Part shown: in pieces, positions 24,109-33,353 of the stretch | How positions within the stretch are numbered: the stretch's first letter is position 1 | Layout: every line of letters begins with the position of its first letter | DNA from: an uncultured Lentisphaeraceae bacterium | GTDB taxonomy: Bacteria > Verrucomicrobiota > Kiritimatiellia > RFP12 > UBA1067 | Assembly: GCA_964428885.1 (NCBI GenBank) | Contig: CAYRZP010000003.1 | Span: forward strand, 1-42,673 | DNA length: 42,673 nucleotides | Direction: 5' to 3' | Translations under genes and position numbers: made by a program | The notes under the pieces: model-generated | Told to the model about the DNA's origin: nothing | What the model saw: only the letters and a program-made list of their open reading frames with translations | The model's database searches: none

Positions 24109-25152
24109 TCAGCCTTGCGCGGCTTCCAGCCTGGCCTTGAGTTCCGCCACCTGCTTTTTCAGCTTCTCGACTTGGCGCGGCAGCAGCATCTGGGCGCCGA
24201 ACTCACGGCGCGAGACCGCCGGCAGGCCCAGATAATACTCGCCTGGCGGAACGTCTTTGGAAAGGCCGCTCTTGGGCCCGACCTGGCCGCGGTCGCCGAC
24301 CGTGAGATGGCCGGAAAGCCCGGCCTGCGCCCAGATCAGGCAGCCCGAGCCGACGCGGGTACTGCCGGCGATGCCGGCCTGGGCTATGACGCCGCTGTAA
24401 GAGCCGATCTCGACGTTGTGTCCGATCTGCACCAGGTTGTCGATCTTGGTTGAGTCGCCTATGCGCGTACGGCCGAAACGCGCGCGGTCGATCGTGGTGT
24501 TGCACCCGACCTCCACGTCGTCGCCGAGTTCGACTATGCCGAGCTGCGGGATCTTCTCGACCGAGATCGTTCCGTCAGCCCGCGGCACAGGGTTGTAGCC
24601 GTAGCCGTCGCCGCCGATCCGCACTCCCGAATGCAGAATCACGCGCCGCCCCAGGCGGCAGCCTTCGCGCACTGTCACCTGCGGGTAGATGTGGCAACCA
24701 TCGCCCAACTCCACCCGCTGGCCGATAAAAACCTGCGCCTCGATCACGCAGTTGGCGCCGATCACCGCGCCTTCCTCGATCACGGTCCAGGGGCCCACGT
24801 GCACCCCCGCGCCCAAGCACGCCTCTGGCGCTACAACGGCAGTGGGATGGATGCCGGCGCGTCGGGTCACAGGCGGCGGTGCGAACCACTCCGCGGCCTT
24901 GCCGAAAGCGGCGTTCGGGTCGGCCACGCGGATCAGGGCCGGCACGGCGCAAGTCCCGTCCCAGTCATCGGGAGCCAGCACCGCGCTGGCTCGTGTGGCG
25001 GCAAGCTGCGCCGCATACTTCTGGTCTTTGAAGAAAGAGAGGTCGCCCTTGCGGGCTTCAGCGAGGCTGGCCAAAGCCGACACCTCCTGCGCGGCATCAC
25101 CATCAAGCTTACCGCCCAGACGCTCGGCCAGTTCTTTGGCGGTCATCACCAT
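24109..25152 (-). CDS. lpxD: UDP-3-O-(3-hydroxyacyl)glucosamine N-acyltransferase
   Basis: The LpxD N-terminal domain (LAERLGGKLDGD..LASLAEARKGDLSFFKDQKYAAQLAATRASAVL) is followed by a hexapeptide-repeat left-handed beta-helix. The start MVMTAKE at 25152 lies 1 nt after the skp stop. The longer track ORF adds an out-of-frame Arg/Lys-rich artefact. Confidence 0.9.
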   Translation of the reverse strand: MVMTAKELAERLGGKLDGDAAQEVSALASLAEARKGDLSFFKDQKYAAQLAATRASAVLAPDDWDGTCAVPALIRVADPNAAFGKAAEWFAPPPVTRRAGIHPTAVVAPEACLGAGVHVGPWTVIEEGAVIGANCVIEAQVFIGQRVELGDGCHIYPQVTVREGCRLGRRVILHSGVRIGGDGYGYNPVPRADGTISVEKIPQLGIVELGDDVEVGCNTTIDRARFGRTRIGDSTKIDNLVQIGHNVEIGSYSGVIAQAGIAGSTRVGSGCLIWAQAGLSGHLTVGDRGQVGPKSGLSKDVPPGEYYLGLPAVSRREFGAQMLLPRQVEKLKKQVAELKARLEAAQG

Positions 25153-25153
25153 G

Positions 25154-25762
25154 TCACTTGCCGGCCGCGGCAGCCCCTTTCTCCGCCTTTTCCTTCTCCT
25201 TCTCCTTTTCCTTGTCCTCCTGCCGCACCTTGGGGTCAACGCCCATGCGCTTGAGGATCGCGTCCGTCACGTCCAGAGCGGGATCATGGTAGGCCATGGT
25301 GGTGCCGTCGAGGATCACGCTGTACTTGCCCTCCTGGGCAAACTTGGTAAGAACCTCACGGATGTCACCGGTGACCTGACGCAACAGGCGCGTGTCCAGA
25401 TCTCCCAGCTCGCGCTGCAGCTTCTGCATCTCCTGACGCAGATCGCGGTCAGCCTCGGCCAGCACATCGCGGTGGCGCATCGCCTTCTCCTCGGCCTCGT
25501 TACGGGCCTTGTCATTGAGCGCCGGGCTGCGCGCCTCTTTCACCGCCTTCTCATATTCTTCGCGGAGTTCCTCAAACCGGTCGCGCTGCTTGTCAAGGCG
25601 CGACTGAAACTCCTTTTCCGTGTCCTGCATCAGCTTGCGGTCGCGCTCGCGGCTGGGATGGAAGCGCACCAGATCCACCATGTTGACGACCGCCGTCTTC
25701 TCCTGCGCCGCCATAACCGAAGCGGCCATCACCGCCATACAAACCAATCCTAGACGTTTCAT
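25154..25762 (-). CDS. skp: OmpH/Skp periplasmic chaperone
   Basis: It has a signal peptide (MKRLGLVCMAVMAAS), a long charged helical body and a KEKEKEKEKE tail. It sits between bamA and lpxD. AGGAAAG lies upstream of the ATG at 25762. Confidence 0.8.
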   Translation of the reverse strand: MKRLGLVCMAVMAASVMAAQEKTAVVNMVDLVRFHPSRERDRKLMQDTEKEFQSRLDKQRDRFEELREEYEKAVKEARSPALNDKARNEAEEKAMRHRDVLAEADRDLRQEMQKLQRELGDLDTRLLRQVTGDIREVLTKFAQEGKYSVILDGTTMAYHDPALDVTDAILKRMGVDPKVRQEDKEKEKEKEKAEKGAAAAGK

Positions 25763-25848
25763 TCCTGCTTTCCTTTCAACTTGCCGCCACCGCCGCACCA
25801 ATTTTATGCCACCGTTATTGCGGCTGATCCGGAAGCGCGATCACGCAC

Positions 25849-28218
25849 TTATTCAAACCCGATCGCGAACGAGAAGAACTCCTCGTCGGTATAGCTGTCG
25901 TCCTCGACAAGCGGCTTCGCGAAATCGAACCGGATCGGGAAGCCGGGGATGTCGATCCGGATGCCCACGCCGGCCGTGACGCAAACATCGGACAACTCGG
26001 GGTCAAAGGCGTCCTCGCCAATCGATCCGACATCCATAAAGGTCGCGAACCGCACCGCCTTGAAAACCGGTATGGTGTATTCGGCCGTCGCCAAGGCCAG
26101 TGTCTGTCCGCCGATCGGCGCGTGGCCATTGCCGCCCGTGCCTCGGTAGACCTTGGGGCCGATGTCGCGGTACTCCACGCCGCGCACCGTGCGCGGGCCG
26201 CCCAGGAAGAGCTTCTCGTAGATCGGCACGTCGCCGCTGTAGGCCTCGACCGTCTCGGCCCGCGCGCGCAGACTCAGCACATGCTTGTACCAAGGCATCC
26301 TGAAGAAGTGGCGGTAGTTCGCGCCAAGCTTGTAGATCTCGTTGTCGCCGATGCCGCCTTCCATAAGCTCGCCGAACACCGTGGTCTGGTACCCCTTGGT
26401 TGGCACAAACGGCTGGTCGCGCGTGTCATGCGCCCAGTACAGGCGGATCACGCTGTTGATCGCGTCGCCGTACTCACCCTCCTGAAAGCGGAAATATTTG
26501 TTGGCGTCGCCCGTCCATGTGTCAGGCGTCGAGTCCTGTGTGCCGTCCGGGTCCAGATACCAATCGCCGTTGTCCATGTCCTCCATCTCGACCAGTTCCA
26601 ACGTGTAGCGCGCCCCCACCCGCCCGACCTTGACCGGATACGAGAGGCCGACCGACGCCCCTGAGCGTATCTCGTCGTACTGGTCATACCAGCGCATGCG
26701 CCGGTAGGCCTCGACCGTCAGCGCCAGCGGACGGTCCAGGAACCAGGGCTCGGTCCATGAGACCTCCGCGGTCTGGCGGCGCGAGCCCAGCTCCAAGCCC
26801 AAACGCGCCTTCTGACCGCCGCCCGTGAAGTTCGGCCAATTCAGAATGTCGAAGTTGCTCTGCGATATCTCCATGAAGCCGACCAGATAGTCAATGCTGG
26901 AGAAACCCGCGCCGATCATGAAATTGCCGGTGCGCTGCTCTTCGACCTCATAAACCAGGTCGCGCACGCCCGGCTGGTTGACTTGCTCGGTGTAATGCCG
27001 CACGACCTTGAAATAGCCCAGGTTCTTCAGACGGTTCTCGCTGCGCTCGGCGCGCGGCTCATGCATGATCTCGCCCGGATTGACCAGGATCTCACGGCGG
27101 ATCACCTTGTCCTTGGTCACATTGTTGCCGCGGATCACGATGTTGCGGATGTGGCAGAGCTCGCCCTCGCGCACCTCGAAAGTGATCGCCATGCGCCCGG
27201 GCTTGCCCGGCACGGTCTCTTTCACAGGCCGCACGACGGTGTCGACGTAACCGCGCGAACCGTAGTAGTCGCGGATGTCCTTGGCCGCGTCCTCGATCAA
27301 CTGTTTGCCCGCCACGGCATCCACTCCCATGCGCCGGCTGGATTCCAGCACCTCCGTCTCCGGAAACAGTTTGACGCCGCGTATGCTCTTCGAATCGACG
27401 TGGTAAACATCCCCTTCGGTCACCTCGAAAATCACGTCGACCTGCTCTTTGCCAACCCGCTCCCTGACCGCCGGCGCCACGCGCGCGTCAAGATATCCTT
27501 GGTTGTGGTAAACCTCTTCAGCCAACTGCCGCGCGTCTTCCAAATCCTGCGCGGACACAGGCGTGTCGGTAAACCAACCGCGCGGGTCCCACCATGGGCG
27601 CTGCCCGAACGAAGATCGCAAATCCTTCTCCTGGATCGCCACGTTGCCGGTGAACCGGTATTTCCGCACCTTGGCGCGCTCGCCCTCTTCTATCGCGAAG
27701 AGCACCCTGGCCGCGCCGACACTGCCTTCGATCGGCTGTATCTCAGCGCTGATCTTGACGTCAGGATAGAATTTTTTGACATACTCGTCGCGGATCTTCG
27801 CGGCTTTGGACGACAGGATCGGCTCGTCGATGTAGTCGCCGCTCTTGAGCTCGGAAAGCTTGCGGATCTTGCGCTCGCTCAGGTTGTTGGCGCCCTTGAT
27901 CGCCAAAGGCTCCTGGAAACGGTGCCTGCGCTTGATCACGTAAATCACGCGGAGGCCGTCGTCAAGCTTCTCAAGTTCCACCCCGGCGTAACCGAAACGC
28001 CCCGTGTCAAGCAGAGCGCGCACGTCTTTCGAGAGCGCCTCCTGCGAAGCCTCGGTTCCGGGCTTGACGTTGCAGAAAGACAGCACGTCTGAAGCGTCGG
28101 CGCCGAACTGGTCCAGAACGCGCACCTTGACATCCTTGACAATGTTGTCCGCCCCCAAGGAAACCACAGCCGCAAGCGCCGCCAGCACCGACCAGACACA
28201 AATTTTAACGCGCATCAT
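25849..28218 (-). CDS. bamA: Outer membrane protein assembly factor BamA
   Basis: It is 789 aa with a signal peptide, POTRA-like repeats (F.G....S...L), and a C-terminal Omp85 barrel ending ..FSFAIGFE with a terminal aromatic-rich beta-signal. It lies in bamA-skp-lpxD synteny. Confidence 0.9.
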   Translation of the reverse strand: MMRVKICVWSVLAALAAVVSLGADNIVKDVKVRVLDQFGADASDVLSFCNVKPGTEASQEALSKDVRALLDTGRFGYAGVELEKLDDGLRVIYVIKRRHRFQEPLAIKGANNLSERKIRKLSELKSGDYIDEPILSSKAAKIRDEYVKKFYPDVKISAEIQPIEGSVGAARVLFAIEEGERAKVRKYRFTGNVAIQEKDLRSSFGQRPWWDPRGWFTDTPVSAQDLEDARQLAEEVYHNQGYLDARVAPAVRERVGKEQVDVIFEVTEGDVYHVDSKSIRGVKLFPETEVLESSRRMGVDAVAGKQLIEDAAKDIRDYYGSRGYVDTVVRPVKETVPGKPGRMAITFEVREGELCHIRNIVIRGNNVTKDKVIRREILVNPGEIMHEPRAERSENRLKNLGYFKVVRHYTEQVNQPGVRDLVYEVEEQRTGNFMIGAGFSSIDYLVGFMEISQSNFDILNWPNFTGGGQKARLGLELGSRRQTAEVSWTEPWFLDRPLALTVEAYRRMRWYDQYDEIRSGASVGLSYPVKVGRVGARYTLELVEMEDMDNGDWYLDPDGTQDSTPDTWTGDANKYFRFQEGEYGDAINSVIRLYWAHDTRDQPFVPTKGYQTTVFGELMEGGIGDNEIYKLGANYRHFFRMPWYKHVLSLRARAETVEAYSGDVPIYEKLFLGGPRTVRGVEYRDIGPKVYRGTGGNGHAPIGGQTLALATAEYTIPVFKAVRFATFMDVGSIGEDAFDPELSDVCVTAGVGIRIDIPGFPIRFDFAKPLVEDDSYTDEEFFSFAIGFE

Positions 28219-28249
28219 CTTGTCTCCCGAAATTATTCACGCTCATAAA

Positions 28250-28280
28250 CCGCGCCGGGCCAGCAAGGCCACCGGCGCGG
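28250..28280 (-). terminator. Hairpin between the fadL-like gene and bamA (terminator candidate)
   Basis: CCGCGCCGG (28250-28258) pairs with CCGGCGCGG (28272-28280) around a 13-nt loop. The minus-strand tail is TTTATGAGCG. Confidence 0.4.
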
Positions 28281-28366
28281 AAACCATTACCGCATGAATG
28301 TGGTCAATTAAACATTATCCCGCCTCGGAATACAAGCATGTTGTGAGGCGGCCGGGCTGAAAACGG

Positions 28367-29641
28367 TCAAAAGTTCGTGCCTACCGAAAACGATATCAGG
28401 TGACAGAAGCCGTCGTCGAAATCGGCGCGCACGTTTCCGACATTCCGGTCCACAGGCTCCATGATGATCAGGCCGTAACCGCCGTAGATTTTCCATGCGT
28501 CCAGCGCGTAACCCAGCCCGCAGTTGACGATGTGCCGGTCGCCGGGCGGCAGCAGCGTGTCGGTGTTTCCCTTGTCGATGGGGTCCATGTCGTACACATA
28601 GCCGCACTGCACCGACCATTTTTCCGTCAGCAGATACTCGGCGCCCAGCGACAGGCGCCAAACGTTGCTCCAGTTCTTCTTGTCGGAGGAGTTTGGTATC
28701 TGCCGGTTGCTTGTCCGGCCGAACCGCATGTCCAGCGAATCATAGGTGCTCCACTGGGTGAAAATCGCTGCGGCTCCCAGATTCAGCTTCTCGACCGGGC
28801 GGTAGTTCAAGCCCGCGATCCAGGAGGGCGGCAGTTCGATCGAACCGCGCGCGGAGGCCGTGCCTTCAGGCAGCAGGTTGTCGACCGGGCGCGAGGCGCT
28901 GTCAATCTCGATGTCACCCTTGACCGTCTGCCGCACACGCGAGCGGTAGGCGAAGCCTATGTCGATCTGATCGGTGAGCTTGTACGAAGCCGCGAGATTG
29001 TAGCCGTAGCCCCAGGAGTCGCCCTGCACCCGTGTGCGCATGTCACCGGAAATCGGCAGCGGCGGGTAAGGGGGCGGCAGCGCGCCGATCGTCACATTGT
29101 CGTATGGGGTCTTGCGGTTCTCGAAATCCAAGTACATGGCACGGAACCCTGCGGCCAGCGAGAGGCGGTCTGTCACCTTGTAAGCAACGTTGGGGTTGAC
29201 GGTTAAGGTGTCAAGCCAGGTCTCGGTGCTGTTCCACTTCAGCGGCCAGTCGCGGTCATACTTGGTACCCAGGCCGAATTCGCTGTACACGCCTAACCCC
29301 GCAAACCAACGCTCGGACAACTGCTGCGAGGCGTAGATGTGCGGCGGGAAAAACCAGCCGCTGTCGAGATTGTTCTTTTCGCCGCCGGCCGTGACGTCAA
29401 GCACCGGATGAATCAGCGTGGCGCCTGCCATCAGGTGCGTGCCCTCCAACGAAGTCATGTTGGCGGGATTGTAATAGTTGGCCGATGCGTCACCGGTCGC
29501 GCCGACCAGCGCGCCGCCCATGGCGTTGCCGCGGGCGCTGGCCTCGTAAAGGCCGAACCCCGCTCCGTGAGCTTGCCGCAGGGCACAAACGCAAAGAACC
29601 GCGATCACAAACGACAGGGTACGATAGATGTTTCGATGCAT
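28367..29641 (-). CDS. FadL/OMPP1/TodX-family outer-membrane hydrophobic-compound transporter
   Basis: It has a signal peptide, the N-terminal hatch motif GFGLYEASARGNAMGGA, an alternating beta-strand pattern and a C-terminal ..SFSVGTNF. The ATG at 29641 is preceded by AAGGAGAG. The track ORF starts 13 codons earlier. Confidence 0.75.
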   Translation of the reverse strand: MHRNIYRTLSFVIAVLCVCALRQAHGAGFGLYEASARGNAMGGALVGATGDASANYYNPANMTSLEGTHLMAGATLIHPVLDVTAGGEKNNLDSGWFFPPHIYASQQLSERWFAGLGVYSEFGLGTKYDRDWPLKWNSTETWLDTLTVNPNVAYKVTDRLSLAAGFRAMYLDFENRKTPYDNVTIGALPPPYPPLPISGDMRTRVQGDSWGYGYNLAASYKLTDQIDIGFAYRSRVRQTVKGDIEIDSASRPVDNLLPEGTASARGSIELPPSWIAGLNYRPVEKLNLGAAAIFTQWSTYDSLDMRFGRTSNRQIPNSSDKKNWSNVWRLSLGAEYLLTEKWSVQCGYVYDMDPIDKGNTDTLLPPGDRHIVNCGLGYALDAWKIYGGYGLIIMEPVDRNVGNVRADFDDGFCHLISFSVGTNF

Positions 29642-29699
29642 GCCCGTTCTCTCCTTTCGAGCGGCGCGCAGCCGCGACATACTTTAAGCCCAATTTGAG

Positions 29700-29734
29700 A
29701 ATGACAATTTGACATTTTACGTAATTTTGTCATT
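29700..29734. promoter_or_regulatory. Inverted repeat AATGACAA-N19-TTGTCATT upstream of the fadL-like gene (candidate operator)
   Basis: The arms at 29700-29707 and 29727-29734 are perfect complements. An extra TTGACA half-site lies inside (29709-29714). The element sits 59-93 bp upstream of the 29641 start, in an AT-rich tract. Confidence 0.35.
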
Positions 29735-29775
29735 TAAGGCAAGCATGTTTATATCGAGACCCCGCACCCCCGCCT

Positions 29776-32211
29776 TCACGCGGGTTCGAGCACACCGTCG
29801 GCCGCCTGACGCCACGGTGTCCAGCAGAGCCCCACCGCGCCGACGGAGAGATCCGATTTGCGGGGCCGCAGCGGCCGACGCTCGATCACAACATGCTCCG
29901 GCGTGACCGGGCCGCCCATGTCCGCGACCGCGCGCTCGAATTCGGCCTCGAGATCGCTCAGGCGCGCCCGCAGCGCTTCCAGCCCGGCCGCGGCGCGCGC
30001 CACGTCGCCGGACTCTTTGCCGATCCGGCTGGCGCTCTTCATGGCCGTGGCGGCGCGGCCAACCGTGCCGACACTCCGCGCGCCGCGCCCCAGGAAGGCG
30101 CCGAGCAGCGTCGCTCCGATCGAAATCGCCGTGCTCATCTTTTGATGACCGGCCTGCGCCTGTTCGCGGTTAACCCTTTCTTCCGCCCGGCGGATCTGAT
30201 CCGTAAGCGTCTGGACTTTGGGCGCGTAGCGGGCTTTGAGCTTGGCCATCTCCTGATCCCTCGACTCGCGCAATAGCTGCGCCGCGCGGGCGCGGAACGC
30301 CACCTCGTCCTCGTCCAAGCGCGAAACCAGCTTGAGCTCGGGCGCGGAGAAAAGGTCGAGCGTGAACGTCCGGTATAGCGCGGCGGCCAGCTCTTTGCCC
30401 CAGGCCGCGTAACTACCGGCGGACAAAGCCCGCGCCGGCAACTGCGCGAACACTGCGTCCGGCAGCGGGCGGCGGTCAAACGCCTCCGCGGTGCCCCCGA
30501 ACGCGTCCGCCTCCTCCCAGTTCACCAGGCCATCCTCGTCCTCAAAAGGCGCGATCATAGTGCGGTCAAGCCAGGTGTCCACACGCTGTGTGGCGTCAAC
30601 GACGTGCAGTTTGCAGAAGCCGACCAGGCGCGGACGGTACAGGATCTTGCCGCCCGCCCGGGCCGGGCGCAGGAAGAGCTCCGTAACCTGCGGCAGCGCC
30701 GGGCGCTCCTGCCGGGCGGGAGCGGCGGCGCTCTCCGCGACATCGGCAGGGGCCGCGGGAGCGGCCGGCGTTGGCGCCGCCGCCACGGCCGCCGGCGCCG
30801 CCAGGCGCGCGATCTGCGGCAGGCTCAGCGGACCGCGCAGATAGCTCAGCGCCCAGCGCGTCCGGAACAGCACCGGCGCGTTCTCATGCGCGTTGCGCAT
30901 CAGGAACACACGGTTGCCCAGTCCGGCCAGCAGCCTTCCGGTCTCGGCGCGGTCGAAACCCGTGCCGGACGCTGAAGCCGCCCCCGCGAGGCCGTCTATG
31001 ACCCGCTGCCGGTCTTGCTCCGTCTGCAGCCGCCCGATAAACCAGGTGCCGCAGTTTGACAGCCCCTTGTAATCCAGATCCACAGGATTCTGCGTGGAGA
31101 GCACCACGCCCAGCCCGAAGGCGCGCGCCTGTTTCAGCAATGTCAGCATCGGCGTTTTGGAGGGCGGGTTGGCGGTCGGCGGGAAGTACCCGAAAATCTC
31201 GTCCATGTAAAGCAGCGCGCGCAGGCTGCCGGTGCCGGATTGCGCCCGCATCCAGGCGATGATCTCGTTGAGCAGAACCGTCACGAAGAACATGCGCTCG
31301 GCATCGGGCAGGTGCGCCAGGTACAGCACGGATATTTTGGGCTTGCCCGCCGCGGTGTAAAATAGCCGCTGTATGTCCAGCGGCTCGCCGTCCATCCAGT
31401 CGGCGAACCCCGGCGCGGCCAGCAGGTTGTTGAGGCCCATGGCCAGCCGCATCCGCTCCTGCGCCGGATAAAAAGTTTCCAGGTCAAAGACGCCGACCCG
31501 GCTGAAGGCGGGCTTCTGCACCGCATTGATCAGCCCGACGAGATCCAGGGACCGCCCCTCGCGCCAAGCGCCGTCGAGAATGGAAGAGAGCAGGATATGA
31601 TCGCGGCTCTGGACCGGATCGGCGTCCAGGCCCAGCAGGGCCAAGAGCCCCGAAACCGAAGTCTGGACGCGCTCCCGCAATGCCGCGTTGTCCTGCCGGA
31701 CCGCGGCGGGCGGCGCGTCGAACGAGCGCAGGATGCGCAGGGGGCGGCCGGCGCTGTGGCCGGGGGTGTAGACCGCCACCTCGGCCGCGTCTTGCAGCTT
31801 GCGCAAACGCTCCGGTCCTTGTCCGGACTGCTCCAGACCTTTGCGCCACAGCGCGGCCGTGGCGTCGGCGAAGGCATCGGCGGAAAGCCCTTTCCGCTCC
31901 GCCTCGGACTCGTCGACCCAAGGACGGAAATCCTCGGCGCGTAGCTCGGGGAAGCGCAGGCAAAGATTGCCCATGTCGCCTTTCGGATCGATCACGATCG
32001 CAGGTATCCCGTCGATCGCGGCCTCTTCCAGCAAAGCCATCGCCAGACCGGTCTTGCCGCTGCCGGTCATGCCGACCGCCACCGCGTGCGTGGTCAGGTC
32101 CTTGGCATCATACAGCAGCAGGCTGTCGGTCGCCGCGCTTGTGGCGGCGTCGCAGATGCTGCCCAGATAGAAAGATCCCAGCTTCTCGAAATCCGTCATG
32201 GTGAACCTCAT
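29776..32211 (-). CDS. HerA/FtsK-like (DUF87-type) P-loop ATPase with ~330-aa C-terminal extension
   Basis: Walker A is VGMTGSGKTG and Walker B is ALLYMDEIFGY. It also has VLSTQNPVDLD and GTWFIGRLQTEQD. After an Ala/Pro linker come a further domain, a coiled segment (QIRRAEERVNREQAQ) and a hydrophobic stretch (TAISIGATLLGAFLG). Confidence 0.6.
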   Translation of the reverse strand: MRFTMTDFEKLGSFYLGSICDAATSAATDSLLLYDAKDLTTHAVAVGMTGSGKTGLAMALLEEAAIDGIPAIVIDPKGDMGNLCLRFPELRAEDFRPWVDESEAERKGLSADAFADATAALWRKGLEQSGQGPERLRKLQDAAEVAVYTPGHSAGRPLRILRSFDAPPAAVRQDNAALRERVQTSVSGLLALLGLDADPVQSRDHILLSSILDGAWREGRSLDLVGLINAVQKPAFSRVGVFDLETFYPAQERMRLAMGLNNLLAAPGFADWMDGEPLDIQRLFYTAAGKPKISVLYLAHLPDAERMFFVTVLLNEIIAWMRAQSGTGSLRALLYMDEIFGYFPPTANPPSKTPMLTLLKQARAFGLGVVLSTQNPVDLDYKGLSNCGTWFIGRLQTEQDRQRVIDGLAGAASASGTGFDRAETGRLLAGLGNRVFLMRNAHENAPVLFRTRWALSYLRGPLSLPQIARLAAPAAVAAAPTPAAPAAPADVAESAAAPARQERPALPQVTELFLRPARAGGKILYRPRLVGFCKLHVVDATQRVDTWLDRTMIAPFEDEDGLVNWEEADAFGGTAEAFDRRPLPDAVFAQLPARALSAGSYAAWGKELAAALYRTFTLDLFSAPELKLVSRLDEDEVAFRARAAQLLRESRDQEMAKLKARYAPKVQTLTDQIRRAEERVNREQAQAGHQKMSTAISIGATLLGAFLGRGARSVGTVGRAATAMKSASRIGKESGDVARAAAGLEALRARLSDLEAEFERAVADMGGPVTPEHVVIERRPLRPRKSDLSVGAVGLCWTPWRQAADGVLEPA

Positions 32212-32282
32212 CCGTTAAGTGAAGTTTGTCGTGCCGTTAACGCCGCAAGAATAACATGTTGTTCGAAAAACAGCAAACCGCT

Positions 32283-33353
32283 TCAATACAGTAGCCATTC
32301 GACGCGGCGTTCACCGGACGCCCCCAGCGCCCATACGCCCTGGCGGGCAACCACCAGCCGCGCGCCGTTGCGCCCCAGCACCGCTTTGTCGGCGCTGACC
32401 ACCGCGGCACGCCCCTTTGTGATCAGCGCGGCTTCGCGCTCTTCGGCCGCGCGCCCCCACAATGGCACACCGTTCTCGGAAAAGGCCACAGTCAGATGGC
32501 CCCCTTGCAAAGCCCCGCCGCGCCACCGCGCGGGATAACGCCTGAAGTAATCCGGCAGATCCCCGGCTTTGATGACCAATTCAAACGCCACAGCCGTGGC
32601 ATCAAGCGCGTCGCCGAATTTCAGCAGCCTGTCCGCCCGCTGCCGTGCGAGAAAATTGAGCGGGTCCACGCCCAGCAGGTTCCAGCCGTGGCAAAGGCCG
32701 TGGGACGGCGTCAGCTTCTGCCCGTCATACCACCGGTCGAAACGGCTGTTGAGCATCACTCCGATCTCGAAATGCAGGTGGGCGCGGCTCATTGGGATAT
32801 TGTAAGTGGCGGTGTTGCCCATCCGCCCGAGCACATGCCCCGGCTTGACCGCTTCGCCGCGCTCTACCGCCGCGGACGCGAGATGCGCGTAGAGCGTGTA
32901 GACCGCGCCGCCCGGATCGGCGTGCTCCACCACCGCGTAGACGCCATACGAGGAGTTGCCAGCGACTTGGTTGACATAAGCCACCGTTCCGGCCGCCACA
33001 GCCATAACCTCGTCGAGCGGGCGGCCCTGACGGTCGCGCCGCACCGGTGCGATGTCGATGCCCTCGTGGAAGGAAGCCGCCAGCCGACCGCCGATGTTGG
33101 CGGTGCGCACCGAACCGTACAGCGCGGAGTCGCGCGTCCCGGCGGCCGTCGGCTGGAACACGTCCTCGCGCCCCTGCTCCAGCAGCCCCTGCTGCCCGGT
33201 CGGATAGACGAGATCCGACCACACCGGCGGCGGCGGCGCGCGCGGCGGGGGCACGGCCGGCGCGGACTGCTCCCGAGCCTCCCTGCGCCGGCAGCCCGCG
33301 CAGAGACATCCCATGCCTGCCAATGACAACTTTATGACATCACGTCTTCTCAT
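32283..33353 (-). CDS. M23-family metallopeptidase, probable lipoprotein
   Basis: It carries the HEGIDIA and HLHFEI zinc-ligand motifs. The N-terminus MRRRDVIKLSLAGMGCLCAGC has a lipobox-like LCAGC. Its ATG overlaps the gluQ stop (ATGA). Confidence 0.8.
   Translation of the reverse strand: MRRRDVIKLSLAGMGCLCAGCRRREAREQSAPAVPPPRAPPPPVWSDLVYPTGQQGLLEQGREDVFQPTAAGTRDSALYGSVRTANIGGRLAASFHEGIDIAPVRRDRQGRPLDEVMAVAAGTVAYVNQVAGNSSYGVYAVVEHADPGGAVYTLYAHLASAAVERGEAVKPGHVLGRMGNTATYNIPMSRAHLHFEIGVMLNSRFDRWYDGQKLTPSHGLCHGWNLLGVDPLNFLARQRADRLLKFGDALDATAVAFELVIKAGDLPDYFRRYPARWRGGALQGGHLTVAFSENGVPLWGRAAEEREAALITKGRAAVVSADKAVLGRNGARLVVARQGVWALGASGERRVEWLLY

Noticed and set aside
25181-25222. CT-rich microsatellite-like tract (ctccttctccttttcc...)
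   Set aside because: It lies within coding sequence, in the low-complexity Lys/Glu tail of Skp. It is not an intergenic repeat or a CRISPR-like element.
25153-25239. Arg/Lys-rich N-terminal extension of the lpxD ORF (MTPRCGRRTRKRRRRRKRRRKG...)
   Set aside because: It is an alternative-frame reading of the CT-rich tract that encodes the KEKEKEKE tail of skp. The LpxD homology begins at MVMTAKE (25152), 1 nt after the skp stop.
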